From: an uncultured cyanobacterium
GTDB lineage: Bacteria > Cyanobacteriota > Cyanobacteriia > Cyanobacteriales > Nostocaceae
Assembly (NCBI GenBank): GCA_963740315.1
Contig: CAVUDP010000002.1
Coordinates: 1,056,001 to 1,120,000, forward strand
DNA: 64,000 bases
Reading direction: 5' to 3'
Below are positions 10,656 through 20,086 of this stretch, in pieces. How positions within the stretch are numbered: position 1 is the stretch's first letter; every line of letters starts with the position of its first letter. Under the pieces are notes generated by a model. That model saw only the letters and a program-made list of their open reading frames with translations. It was not told where the DNA came from and did not search any database. A program made the position numbers and the translations under genes.

Positions 10656-10843
10656 AGGTTCGTAGTAAGTGCTGTACTCGCTCCGGATTTGAGACTAAAG
10701 TCGGCACGTAGAACCCGCCGGAATTAATGCAATCAACTACCGATCCTTTTCATTTGTTTTAATGGTAACAAGGGTTCTTAGTTGCGCTTGGGCACTTCAT
10801 ATTACCGAATTCGGAGGGGGGCTGAAGCCCTTACTACAAACCT
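10656..10843. mobile_element. MITE/REP-like element with 14-bp terminal inverted repeats
   Basis: AGGTTCGTAGTAAG (10656-10669) / CTTACTACAAACCT (10830-10843), one mismatch; non-coding interior. Confidence 0.6.
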
Positions 10844-10943
10844 ACTACTAGCCCCAGACTTCCAGTCTGCGGGCAATTTGTTTTATCAAATATCTTCCCC
10901 CCTCGCTAAAATAAAACCAACAAAGTAATTTCACACCCCAATC

Positions 10944-11909
10944 ATGTCAGATAAAACTACGCGACGTGACTTCTTAATTACCAGTGCGGCTGTTGCTGGC
11001 GGTATTGTCGGATGTAACTCTTTACAGCAAAATACCTCTAGCAATGCTGCACCACCTGCAAAAATGCCAGAACAAATTTTAGGAAAAACAGGTGTAAAAC
11101 TTCCTATATTCGGTTTAGGTGGTGCAGGGCAAACGCCACTATCTAGGAAAGAAGCAGAAAAAGATGCGATCGCACAAATTGAAAAAGCATTGCAACTCGG
11201 CATCACTTATTTTGATACTGCTGCAAGTTATGGCCCTAGTGAAGATTATTTAGGAAAAGTACTTCCACCACATCGAGAAAAAATCTTTTTAGCAAGTAAA
11301 ACAGCCGCTAGAGATAGAGATGGTGCTTGGAGAGAATTAGAAAAAAGTTTAAAAAGATTAAATGTAGATTATCTCGATCTATGGCAATTGCATCACGTTT
11401 CTTTCTCCGAAGAATTAGATACAATATTTTCTAATTCTGGCGCAATCAAAGCAATAGAAGAAGCAAAGCAACAGAAACTTATCCGATTTGCAGGAATTAC
11501 CGGACATCACGAACCTGACATCATTGCCGACGGGTTGCGTCGCTATCCTTTCGATCACACCTTAATTCCCGTAAATGCAGCCGATAAATATCATCCTCGT
11601 CCTTTTCTTCCCGTAGTTTTACCCGTAGCGCGAGAGAAAAACGTCGGCGTAACTGCCATGAAAGTACCAGCTTACGGCCGTTTATTCAAACCTGGTGGAT
11701 TATCCGGTATGGAACAAGCTTTAGGCTACAGCTTATCTCAATCAGGAGTACATTGCTGCATAGTCGCCGCTGAGAATATCAAACAACTAGAAGAAAACGT
11801 TAATGTAGCGCGAAACTTCCAGAAATTAGATGACAAACAATTAGTTGCGATCGAAAAGCAAGTAGCTGGAATTTGGGAAGATGGTAACTTTTTCCGCGCC
11901 TGGACATGA
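10944..11909 (+). CDS. Aldo/keto reductase with Tat (twin-arginine) lipoprotein signal
   Basis: TRRDFL Tat motif and VGC lipobox; FDTAASYG, LASK, LDLWQLH AKR motifs. Confidence 0.92.
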   Translation: MSDKTTRRDFLITSAAVAGGIVGCNSLQQNTSSNAAPPAKMPEQILGKTGVKLPIFGLGGAGQTPLSRKEAEKDAIAQIEKALQLGITYFDTAASYGPSEDYLGKVLPPHREKIFLASKTAARDRDGAWRELEKSLKRLNVDYLDLWQLHHVSFSEELDTIFSNSGAIKAIEEAKQQKLIRFAGITGHHEPDIIADGLRRYPFDHTLIPVNAADKYHPRPFLPVVLPVAREKNVGVTAMKVPAYGRLFKPGGLSGMEQALGYSLSQSGVHCCIVAAENIKQLEENVNVARNFQKLDDKQLVAIEKQVAGIWEDGNFFRAWT

Positions 11910-12079
11910 CGAGAGGGGGAAGAGGGGGAGATGGGGAGATGGGGACAAACGGATGAGGAGTTATAAAAGCATTTGTAGTGGGAGCCGAACAGCTCCCTTG
12001 CTGTTTTCAATATGAGATATTCGCAATTCCTAACTCCTAACTGTTCACTGTTCACTGCTCACTGTTCACTGCTCACTGT

Positions 12080-13249
12080 TCACTGTTCACTCCTAACTCC
12101 TAACTGCAAAATCTCCTCCGCAGCTCTTTCGCAAACTCCAATTTCTCCGACAAACTGCTGCATTTCTTGATAGTCAGCTTTCATTTTTTGCTGTCGCTGT
12201 TCGTTTAATAAAAATTCCATCGCTGCCTCTACGATATTCTCGGATGTGGCTGTTTCTTGAATGAATTCGGGTACGATTTCTCGCATTACTAATAAGTTAG
12301 GTGGGGAAGCGTAGGAAATTTTTACTTTGAGAATGTTTTTACCAACCCAGTAGGTGAAGGGATTTAAACGATATAAAACTACTTGTGGAATATTTAATAA
12401 TCCCAATTCCAAATTAACCGTACCTGATTTGGCGATCGCTAAATCCGCAGCAGCTAATACTTCTTGCTGTTGATTTGATATAACGGTTGCTCTCAATTGA
12501 TATTTATGTACTTGTTTTTCTATTTCTTCTCTATATATTTCCAGAGATAAAGGAATCCAAAAATGTACGTCTGGCATTTTAGTTTGAATTTCCCGTGCTG
12601 CTTCAAACATTACGGGTACCAGATGCTTTATTTCTTGAGAACGGGAAGCGGGAAAAAGTGCTATACAATTTACATCATCAGCTATTCCTAACTTTGCACG
12701 TGCTGCTTCTCTACTAGGAAAACTTTGCATTCTATCTACTAAAGGATGTCCTACCCAAGTTGCATCAGCACCTTTATTTTGAAAATAACGAGCTTCTTCG
12801 GGAAATATTGCTAGTATCTTATCGCTAATTTTTATTAGTTGTTCTGTATCTTTTTCTCCGATGGAAGTAACCCAAACTTGAGGTGCAATATAATAAACTG
12901 TGGGTACATCAGGCATATGACGGCGAATATACTTACCCATCGGCAGATTTCCCCCCATATAGTCAATAAACACGACTAAATCCGGCGGATTCTTTTCTAA
13001 AAAGGCAATTGCTTGCCGCTGTATTTTTAAAGTTGGCAATATAAAAGGTAAAGCTTCTAAAATTCCGATAGATCCGATAGAAGTAGTATTTCCTATTAAA
13101 GTCGCGCCAGCAGCAGCCATTTTCTCGCCACCCAAAGCCACAATTTCTAATTCCAATCCAGATGAAGCGGCTTGATTTTTGAGCGCAGTAATTAAAAGTG
13201 AACCTTGTAAATCACCTGACACTTCGCCAGTACTAATAAATATTCGCAT
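12080..13249 (-). CDS. lpxB: Lipid-A-disaccharide synthase
   Basis: STGEVSGD, YIAPQVW, VGHPL, PASR, KSGTVNLE motifs; lpx operon context. Confidence 0.96.
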   Translation of the reverse strand: MRIFISTGEVSGDLQGSLLITALKNQAASSGLELEIVALGGEKMAAAGATLIGNTTSIGSIGILEALPFILPTLKIQRQAIAFLEKNPPDLVVFIDYMGGNLPMGKYIRRHMPDVPTVYYIAPQVWVTSIGEKDTEQLIKISDKILAIFPEEARYFQNKGADATWVGHPLVDRMQSFPSREAARAKLGIADDVNCIALFPASRSQEIKHLVPVMFEAAREIQTKMPDVHFWIPLSLEIYREEIEKQVHKYQLRATVISNQQQEVLAAADLAIAKSGTVNLELGLLNIPQVVLYRLNPFTYWVGKNILKVKISYASPPNLLVMREIVPEFIQETATSENIVEAAMEFLLNEQRQQKMKADYQEMQQFVGEIGVCERAAEEILQLGVRSEQ

Positions 13250-13397
13250 TTATAATTTGGGAATTGGGCATTGGGCATTAGGAATAGTTAAGAGTTAGGA
13301 GTTAAGAGTTAGGAGTTAATAATTAGGAGTTCGGAGTTTTTTATCCCCCCATCTCCCCATCTCCCCATCTCCCCATCTCCCCATCCCCCCATCCCTT

Positions 13398-14192
13398 TCA
13401 CTCTCTACCGGGAATTAAACCGCGTCTTCCAGGCATTTGAGAAAGTAGTAAAAAGCGACGTAAATGTTTTAGATGTTCGGTATCGCCTAAGAATTCTAAT
13501 TTTTCTATAGCTTCTTTGAATGTGATATCGGAACGGTAGAGAATGCGGAAGGCTTTTTTGAGGATTTGTAATTCTTCAGTGGAAAAGCCAGCGCGTTTAA
13601 GTCCGATTAAATTAAGCGTGCGAATGCGTGCGGGATTTCCTTCTACCAACATATATGGTGGGACATCGCGATCGATGCGTGCCATTCCCCCTACCATTGC
13701 CCGCGCACCAATATGCACGAACTGATGAACGCCTAAAACACCACTTAGTCTTGCACGGGACTCTATATATACATGACCTGCTAACGCCACCGAATTAGCA
13801 ATTACTACAGAATCTTCTAAAACGCAGTTGTGACCTATATGCACGTAAGCCATCAGCAAATTGCCGTTACCAATGCGAGTTTCTTCACCCGCACCAGTAG
13901 CGCGATTGATAGTAACGTATTCCCGAATACTGTTATCGTTGCCAATCTTAACCGTACTAAATTCCCCAGCGTACTTTAAATCTTGAGGTTCCGAACCAAT
14001 AACCGCACCTGAATAAATGCGGTTTCGCGCTCCTATTTCTATCGGTCCTTCAAGCACTGCATGAGAACCGATAATCGTTTCCGGACCGACTTTTACGTCT
14101 CCCTCAATCGTTGCGTAAGCACCAACTTCGACAGTCGGGTGCAATTGCGCTTTAGGATGAATTACAGCAGTTGGGTGAATAAGTGTCTTCAA
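13398..14192 (-). CDS. lpxA: Acyl-ACP--UDP-N-acetylglucosamine O-acyltransferase
   Basis: Hexapeptide repeats, PQDLKY, IREYVTINRAT, LAGHV. Confidence 0.97.
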   Translation of the reverse strand: MKTLIHPTAVIHPKAQLHPTVEVGAYATIEGDVKVGPETIIGSHAVLEGPIEIGARNRIYSGAVIGSEPQDLKYAGEFSTVKIGNDNSIREYVTINRATGAGEETRIGNGNLLMAYVHIGHNCVLEDSVVIANSVALAGHVYIESRARLSGVLGVHQFVHIGARAMVGGMARIDRDVPPYMLVEGNPARIRTLNLIGLKRAGFSTEELQILKKAFRILYRSDITFKEAIEKLEFLGDTEHLKHLRRFLLLSQMPGRRGLIPGRE

Positions 14193-14401
14193 GGGTGCAT
14201 CTCCAGAACAGTTTGCTTGCTGAGTAATTTAAGTAATCAGTAGCCGAAAGCATCGATGATTCGCAACGATTAATGTGAGGGCGGCGAAAATTCGGAATTT
14301 TTACTATACTCTATTGGACTATTTATTTACCTATATTTTAATAATCCAAAGTTCAGTAAAGGCAGATAATAATAATGCCTTTACCGATAGAGAGTTATTT
14401 C

Positions 14402-14929
14402 TCAATTAACAAGAGAAAACATTAGTTCGCCTTTAGCTGCGAGCTGACCGTCCACTTCGGCACGACCTTGCATCTTACCAAAACGACGACGCTTAACCCA
14501 CAACAGTTCCAAGGTCATTACCAGCTGATCTCCAGGAACTACTTGGCGGTGAAAACGTACTTTATCAATGCCAGCAAATACGAAAAGTCCGCCTTCATAT
14601 TCAGGTAGTTGAGTCATTACGACACCACCGACTTGTGCCATCGCCTCAACAATTAGTACACCGGGCATAATTGGCTGTCCGGGAAAATGCCCTTGGAAAT
14701 GGGGTTCGTTGAAAGTAACATTTTTGATGCCAATAGCTTGTTTTCCAGGAGTGTAATCGGTAATTCGGTCTACTAATGCAAATGGATAGCGATGCGGTAG
14801 CAGTTTCTGGATTTCTTCTACTGTAAAAATTGTTTTGCTCTCGGATTTGATTGCGCTATCATCCAATTTATCTTCAGTAGATGCTGGTGCGTTCGCTTTG
14901 TTGGTGTTGACTTCGGTAACAATTGACAT
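14402..14929 (-). CDS. fabZ: 3-hydroxyacyl-ACP dehydratase
   Basis: [29 protein letters not shown]. Confidence 0.97.
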   Translation of the reverse strand: MSIVTEVNTNKANAPASTEDKLDDSAIKSESKTIFTVEEIQKLLPHRYPFALVDRITDYTPGKQAIGIKNVTFNEPHFQGHFPGQPIMPGVLIVEAMAQVGGVVMTQLPEYEGGLFVFAGIDKVRFHRQVVPGDQLVMTLELLWVKRRRFGKMQGRAEVDGQLAAKGELMFSLVN

Positions 14930-15038
14930 TTGGGTTTGTTGGGTTAATTTTTTCTGAAAGATGTTGAGAGTAGGCGATAATTCTGCGGAACTTCCCGCGA
15001 GGGATTTTGCATTTTAGATTAGTTTTCAAATCTAAAAA

Positions 15039-15890
15039 TTAATTTCTCAAATCTAAAATCCTTTGAGCCAGTTGAATATGTAAATTATGACTGGCTTTGT
15101 AGGCTAAGAAATGAGCGCGGGGGAAAATTCCTAATAAACTTAAATCTCCTACTAAATCCAAGATTTTATGACGTACAGGTTCATTTGGAAATCGTAGTGG
15201 TGGATTAACCCAGCCATCTAGACCACATACAAGGGCATTTTCTAAGCTTCCACCTTTGATTAAACCAGATTTTTTCAAATGTTCGATTTGATGCTTTAAG
15301 CCAAAGGTACGGGCAGGAGCGATTTCTGTAACAAAGCTCTCATCGGGGTTTTGCCGTTCGCCATAGGGCATCCAACTGTGCCATTGATTACCAATTGCTG
15401 GTAATTCAAAATCAATACCGTAGCTAAAACGAGTTTGTGGTGCTGGTATAGCACTAACAAAAGCATCTTCCTGACGTACCCAAATTGGTTCTTCCAAAGA
15501 TAAAGCATTCTCACAAACAGTTGAATTTTGTTCCACCGTACCGACTTTGGCTATATTTTCCGCCCATATTCGCGCCGAACCATCTAAAAGCGGTACTTCC
15601 GAACCATCAATTTCAATGCGGGCGTTATCTACCCCCATAGCAGCTAAAGAAGCCAACAAATGCTCTACAGTCCGAACGCTGGCTTCACCTTCCCTTAATT
15701 GAGTCGAGAGAACCGTCTCACTAACTGCTGCGATCGACGCTGGAATAGTAGGTGAATCCGGCAAATCGACTCGCACAAAATAGCGTCCGCTCCCCGCTTG
15801 GGCTGGCAGTATACTGACGTTAGTAATTACCCCACTATGTAAGCCCGTTCCTGTTTGGTTAATCTGGGCAGCTATTGTACGCTGTTGCAT
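15039..15890 (-). CDS. lpxC: UDP-3-O-acyl-N-acetylglucosamine deacetylase
   Basis: [30 protein letters not shown]. Confidence 0.97.
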   Translation of the reverse strand: MQQRTIAAQINQTGTGLHSGVITNVSILPAQAGSGRYFVRVDLPDSPTIPASIAAVSETVLSTQLREGEASVRTVEHLLASLAAMGVDNARIEIDGSEVPLLDGSARIWAENIAKVGTVEQNSTVCENALSLEEPIWVRQEDAFVSAIPAPQTRFSYGIDFELPAIGNQWHSWMPYGERQNPDESFVTEIAPARTFGLKHQIEHLKKSGLIKGGSLENALVCGLDGWVNPPLRFPNEPVRHKILDLVGDLSLLGIFPRAHFLAYKASHNLHIQLAQRILDLRN

Positions 15891-16155
15891 AAGTCACGCT
15901 TTTTATTTTTATATAATTAATTCGGCAGGAATATTATGTATTAAAAATATTCTCAATAATAACTACAGCTAAGATTTGGCTGAAGCGATGCTTTAGGTAA
16001 TAGTATTTAATTAAAGGTAAAAATTGGCAAGTTAAACGGAAAACAGTTGGAAGGTCAAAGGTCTGCATGTTAAAGGTCTGCATATTGAAGTGCCCTCCAA
16101 TAATGTAAGAAGTCGGTTATCTGAACTTGCATTGTTTTACAATCGGCAAGAAAAT

Positions 16156-16182
16156 TCACCCTCCTAGCGATCGCTGGAGGGC
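16156..16182 (-). terminator. Hairpin downstream of bamA with a HIP1 site at its centre
   Basis: CCCTCCTAGCGATCGCTGGAGGG inverted repeat between bamA and lpxC. Confidence 0.4.
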
Positions 16183-16235
16183 GTTGAAAAAGTAAAACTG
16201 CTAACTGCTAACTGCTAACTGCTAACTGCTAACTG

Positions 16236-18572
16236 TTAAAACCTTTCCCCAATACCAAAGTTGATTCGGCTGTCTCCATCATCGTTAAGACCGTAATCGA
16301 TCCGAATTGGTCCGAGGGGTGACTGTACCCTTACCCCAAGCCCGTAACCGATACCAGTACCATTTTTATTAAGTATTTCCGCTGCTTCGGTTGTGGTTCC
16401 TAAGTCACTACCAACATCAACGAATAATGCGCCGCTAAGTACTGAGAAAAGTGGGAAGCGATACTCAACAGATGCTTCTACATAACTGCGTCCGCTACTT
16501 AATCCACCTTCGTCATAACCCCGAACGGAATTACTACCACCTAATGAAAAAGCTTCATAAGGAGGTAAATCGCCGAGAATGGTTCCAGCTTGAACGTTAA
16601 AAGCTAGGGTTTGAGGTCCTTTGCTAAAGTTGGTAAATTTGACAGGAATGTATTGGCTGTAATTACCCTGCAACCTAGTTAGAAAAATATTACCCTGTCC
16701 GATAGGTACAGACTGGTCTACACCCATACGGAAGAAGGAACCTTTTGTCGGTTGTAACGGGTTGTTTCGCTTGTCGCGGGCTGCTCCCAGTTTGACCAAT
16801 AGCAAATCGTCTTCACCAGTTCCGGAAGCGCTAAGGTCAATTATTCGTGAATCTATTTGGTCATCATCAAAAATCGCGCCTTGAGGTCTAGTATCGCCAT
16901 CACTATCGGTAATGTTAACTCTTTGATACTGCAAACCAGCAGAAGCTACCCATTCCGACTTTTCAAAAGGATTTTTATTCAGAGGACGGTTAAAGTTTAC
17001 ACCACCGCCAGTACGGACAACACGGGGGCGATCGCGTGCGTCGTCATTGCCGCTGGGGTCATCTAAGTCGAATGTTTCAATTTCGTCATCATCGCCGTCA
17101 AAAATTAAGGAAATCGATCGACGACGGAATGCGTTGACTGTATAGGAAGTGCGGAAAGGATCGCCTGCTATCCAAGGATCTGTAAAGCGGACATCGAACA
17201 AGAATTCCCTTGCTCCTAGCTGTAATTCTGCCCCTAAATCTTGGTTTCTACCGTTGAGGTTTTGCTCTTGGTAACTAATAGTACCAAACAATCCGCTCGC
17301 AGAACTAACACCAGCACCTGCGGCGATGGAACCGCTGTTTCGTTCTACTACATTGACAATTACATTTACTTTACTGGGGTCCTGACCGGGATCGAGGGAA
17401 ACGTTAACATCTTCAAATAACCCCAGTCCAAATACCCGCTGTAAATCTCTTTGTACGGTGTTGCGGTTAAATACTTCTCCTGGCTTGAGTTGTATTTCTC
17501 GTTTGACAATATATGGTTGGGTTCTTCCTTTTACGGGTTTGCCGTCTTCGTTAACGACTTCACCATCTTTGTTACGAAACTGAACTCGAATATCTTCTAC
17601 TAAACCTTCAGCTACTTGTAGCGTAACTACCCCATCGGGCGATACTTGAGGCGCTCCAATTACGTTTGCTAGTACGTAACCTTGATCTTGGTAGCTTTTG
17701 ACTAACAGCTTGATATTTTCCTGCAATTGGCGCAAGTTCAGAATTTGACCGTATTGTTCGCCGAATATTTCATCTACAGTTTTAGCAGGTAGTACAGAAG
17801 CAACGTTAGCACCCGGATTTGCTTCTATTTGCACTTTTTGCAAAACTGGGTTGGGTTGTACTACGAAGCTGACTCTAACTCCTAATGGTGTATCTTCGGG
17901 TACAACTTGAACGTTAGAGAAAAAGCCGGTTCCAAAAATAGCATTAATATCTTCTTGTAATTGCGAACGAGTTGTAGTTCGTCCGGGTTGAGTACGAATG
18001 ACTCTATAAACTTGTTCTTGCAAATTTTGAGTTAATTGTCCAGTTTCAGACCTAACCGAGACTTCCGAAACTAACACGCGGGTTTCATCTGCACTCGGCT
18101 GTTGAGTGGGTTGCGGTGTCCCCGGAGTTTGAAATTGCGGCTGCTGTTGAGTGGGTTGCGTCGTCCCCGGAGTTTGAAATTGCGGCTGCTGTTGATTTTC
18201 TTGCGTCGTCCCCGGAGTTTGAAATTGGGGTTGTGCTGGCTGTTGGTTTGGCTGGCTATTATCTAAGGTTGGAGGTATTTGAGGTTGAGCCTCGTCGGAT
18301 GGAGTATTTTCAGGAGGCTCCGTTAGCGTTGGTTGTTCGCTAGGGAGATTCTCAGGAGGGGGAATTTGCGGAGTATTTTGTGCAGTTGTCGAATTTGAAG
18401 TTGGTATAACTACCTGCAATTTTTTTGCATTTGAAGATTCTTGATTAGTGCTTACTGCTTTAAAAATATCTTGTGATTCAGAGGTATTGGTACTTTGTGC
18501 ATTTGCACTATATGAAACTCCTAATGTCGTCGCAAAAGTTATTACCGACACCAAAAAGGGAGATAAACGCAT
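16236..18572 (-). CDS. bamA: BamA/Omp85 outer membrane protein assembly factor
   Basis: Signal peptide from ATG 18572 (MRLSPF...), Pro/Gln-rich linker, POTRA domains, GGSNSVRGY, SPLGPIRIDYG, C-terminal GERF. Confidence 0.94.
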   Translation of the reverse strand: MRLSPFLVSVITFATTLGVSYSANAQSTNTSESQDIFKAVSTNQESSNAKKLQVVIPTSNSTTAQNTPQIPPPENLPSEQPTLTEPPENTPSDEAQPQIPPTLDNSQPNQQPAQPQFQTPGTTQENQQQPQFQTPGTTQPTQQQPQFQTPGTPQPTQQPSADETRVLVSEVSVRSETGQLTQNLQEQVYRVIRTQPGRTTTRSQLQEDINAIFGTGFFSNVQVVPEDTPLGVRVSFVVQPNPVLQKVQIEANPGANVASVLPAKTVDEIFGEQYGQILNLRQLQENIKLLVKSYQDQGYVLANVIGAPQVSPDGVVTLQVAEGLVEDIRVQFRNKDGEVVNEDGKPVKGRTQPYIVKREIQLKPGEVFNRNTVQRDLQRVFGLGLFEDVNVSLDPGQDPSKVNVIVNVVERNSGSIAAGAGVSSASGLFGTISYQEQNLNGRNQDLGAELQLGAREFLFDVRFTDPWIAGDPFRTSYTVNAFRRRSISLIFDGDDDEIETFDLDDPSGNDDARDRPRVVRTGGGVNFNRPLNKNPFEKSEWVASAGLQYQRVNITDSDGDTRPQGAIFDDDQIDSRIIDLSASGTGEDDLLLVKLGAARDKRNNPLQPTKGSFFRMGVDQSVPIGQGNIFLTRLQGNYSQYIPVKFTNFSKGPQTLAFNVQAGTILGDLPPYEAFSLGGSNSVRGYDEGGLSSGRSYVEASVEYRFPLFSVLSGALFVDVGSDLGTTTEAAEILNKNGTGIGYGLGVRVQSPLGPIRIDYGLNDDGDSRINFGIGERF

Positions 18573-18700
18573 TTTATTTAGATTCCTTTTCACTTCCACA
18601 CACCGTCGTTCAATATGATAATTATTTGTCATCAGCCAGCAGTTATTTGTCAAGTACAGTCATAACCCATGACATCAAATAAAATTTAGTTAACTAGTAA

Positions 18701-19438
18701 CTAGATATTTGTCTCTACTGTTTTTAACACTCTTTCTAAAACTTCTTGGTAGGCATTCTCTACATTTCCCAAATCTCGCCGAAAACGGTCTTTGTCTAGA
18801 ACTCGGTCTTCTGGATCTTTAGTCGCGGTATCCCACAAACGACAGGTATCAGGACTAATTTCGTCCGCTAAAAGTAGCCTTTGTTGGGAGTCCAAACCAA
18901 ACTCTAGCTTGAAGTCCACCAAAGTAATGCCGCATTTGCCAAAAAAATCCTTGAGAAATTCGTTGATTCGCAATGTTTGATGAATAATCTCCTCTACTTG
19001 TTCCTGGGTAGCTAGTTCTAACAAGAGTAGACGTGCGATCGTCAATAAAGGATCGCCTAATTCGTCATTTTTATAATAAAACTCGACTAAAGGCTGTTTT
19101 AACACGGTTCCCAATCCTAAACCCGTTTGCTTGCAAAGGCTTCCGGCTGCAATATTTCGCACAACCACTTCTAAGGGAAAAATTTTCACCGCCTTTACCC
19201 GCATCTGGTTGGGATTTGGGTTATCCAGGTAATGAGTATTAATACCGGATTTCTCTAGCTGTTGAAATAGCTGGCTAGAAATGCTACAGTTTATGGTTCC
19301 TTTGTTGCTTATACTGCCGCGTTTCTGGGCATTAAAAGCTGTCGCATCATCTTTAAAATCAGCAAGCAAGATTTCTGGTACATCAGTAGCGTACAGAATT
19401 TTGGCTTTTCCTTCGTATAGTTTGGAGGTAACAGACAT
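18701..19438 (-). CDS. purC: SAICAR synthetase
   Basis: LYEGKAK, FKDDATAFN, DFKLEFG, ADEISPDTCRLWD, DKDRFR. Confidence 0.98.
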   Translation of the reverse strand: MSVTSKLYEGKAKILYATDVPEILLADFKDDATAFNAQKRGSISNKGTINCSISSQLFQQLEKSGINTHYLDNPNPNQMRVKAVKIFPLEVVVRNIAAGSLCKQTGLGLGTVLKQPLVEFYYKNDELGDPLLTIARLLLLELATQEQVEEIIHQTLRINEFLKDFFGKCGITLVDFKLEFGLDSQQRLLLADEISPDTCRLWDTATKDPEDRVLDKDRFRRDLGNVENAYQEVLERVLKTVETNI

Positions 19439-19711
19439 AGGTAGAACGATTATTTGGCAAACGGAACTAATGCCAAGTTATGGCTTAACCATTTTATCTT
19501 TATTAGTAATATTAGCTAGATAAATCGGCAGGTAATATTTGTTATCTTCAAGAGCTAGCGAGAATTATTTAAAATGGATTTTTTTACCGTTGGGCTAGTC
19601 TTTATTAATACAAGAAGTTAACGATCCATTTGTACATTTATTAATAATTAAGGCTAAAATTTAAGTACGCCTTAAACTTAAAAATAGTTTTGATAGCTGG
19701 AGATAAATAAA

Positions 19712-19966
19712 ATGGATAAAGATGATTTGCTTTACCCTCGCAGTCGTTACTACGGTCAAGTCAAACCAGAAAACTTGGTATTTAATGCTAATTTGCAAGA
19801 GTTTGCTCAAAGAATTAGCTACATTTGCAACTTAGAAACTTCTGGTAAAATCCCCACCCTGGAAGCTTACGAACAAATAAAAGCTTTATGGAAAGAATTG
19901 AAGCGGTCAAAACACAACTTGCAAATTGGTCAAGACCCCTCGGAAGGAGATTTGGAAAACACATAA
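19712..19966 (+). CDS. Small conserved cyanobacterial hypothetical protein
   Basis: LYPRSRYYG...NLVFNANLQEFAQR...LETSGK motif typical of a widespread cyanobacterial family; GGAG RBS upstream. Confidence 0.8.
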   Translation: MDKDDLLYPRSRYYGQVKPENLVFNANLQEFAQRISYICNLETSGKIPTLEAYEQIKALWKELKRSKHNLQIGQDPSEGDLENT

Positions 19967-20086
19967 TAATTAATCAAAACTAAATTAGAACGGAAAAATT
20001 TCAGCACTGCTCGAACACTTTGATACTGTTTAAGTTCGGACGTACTCAGTGTAATCAATTACTGATAATTGATAATTGATAATTGA

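Noticed and set aside
18573..18653. Longer ORF-track N-termini (bamA; similarly psaD 45135, SPFH 63909, antitoxin 33827, kinase 42723)
   Set aside because: Downstream ATGs give the family-typical N-terminus, and for the SPFH gene a clear RBS
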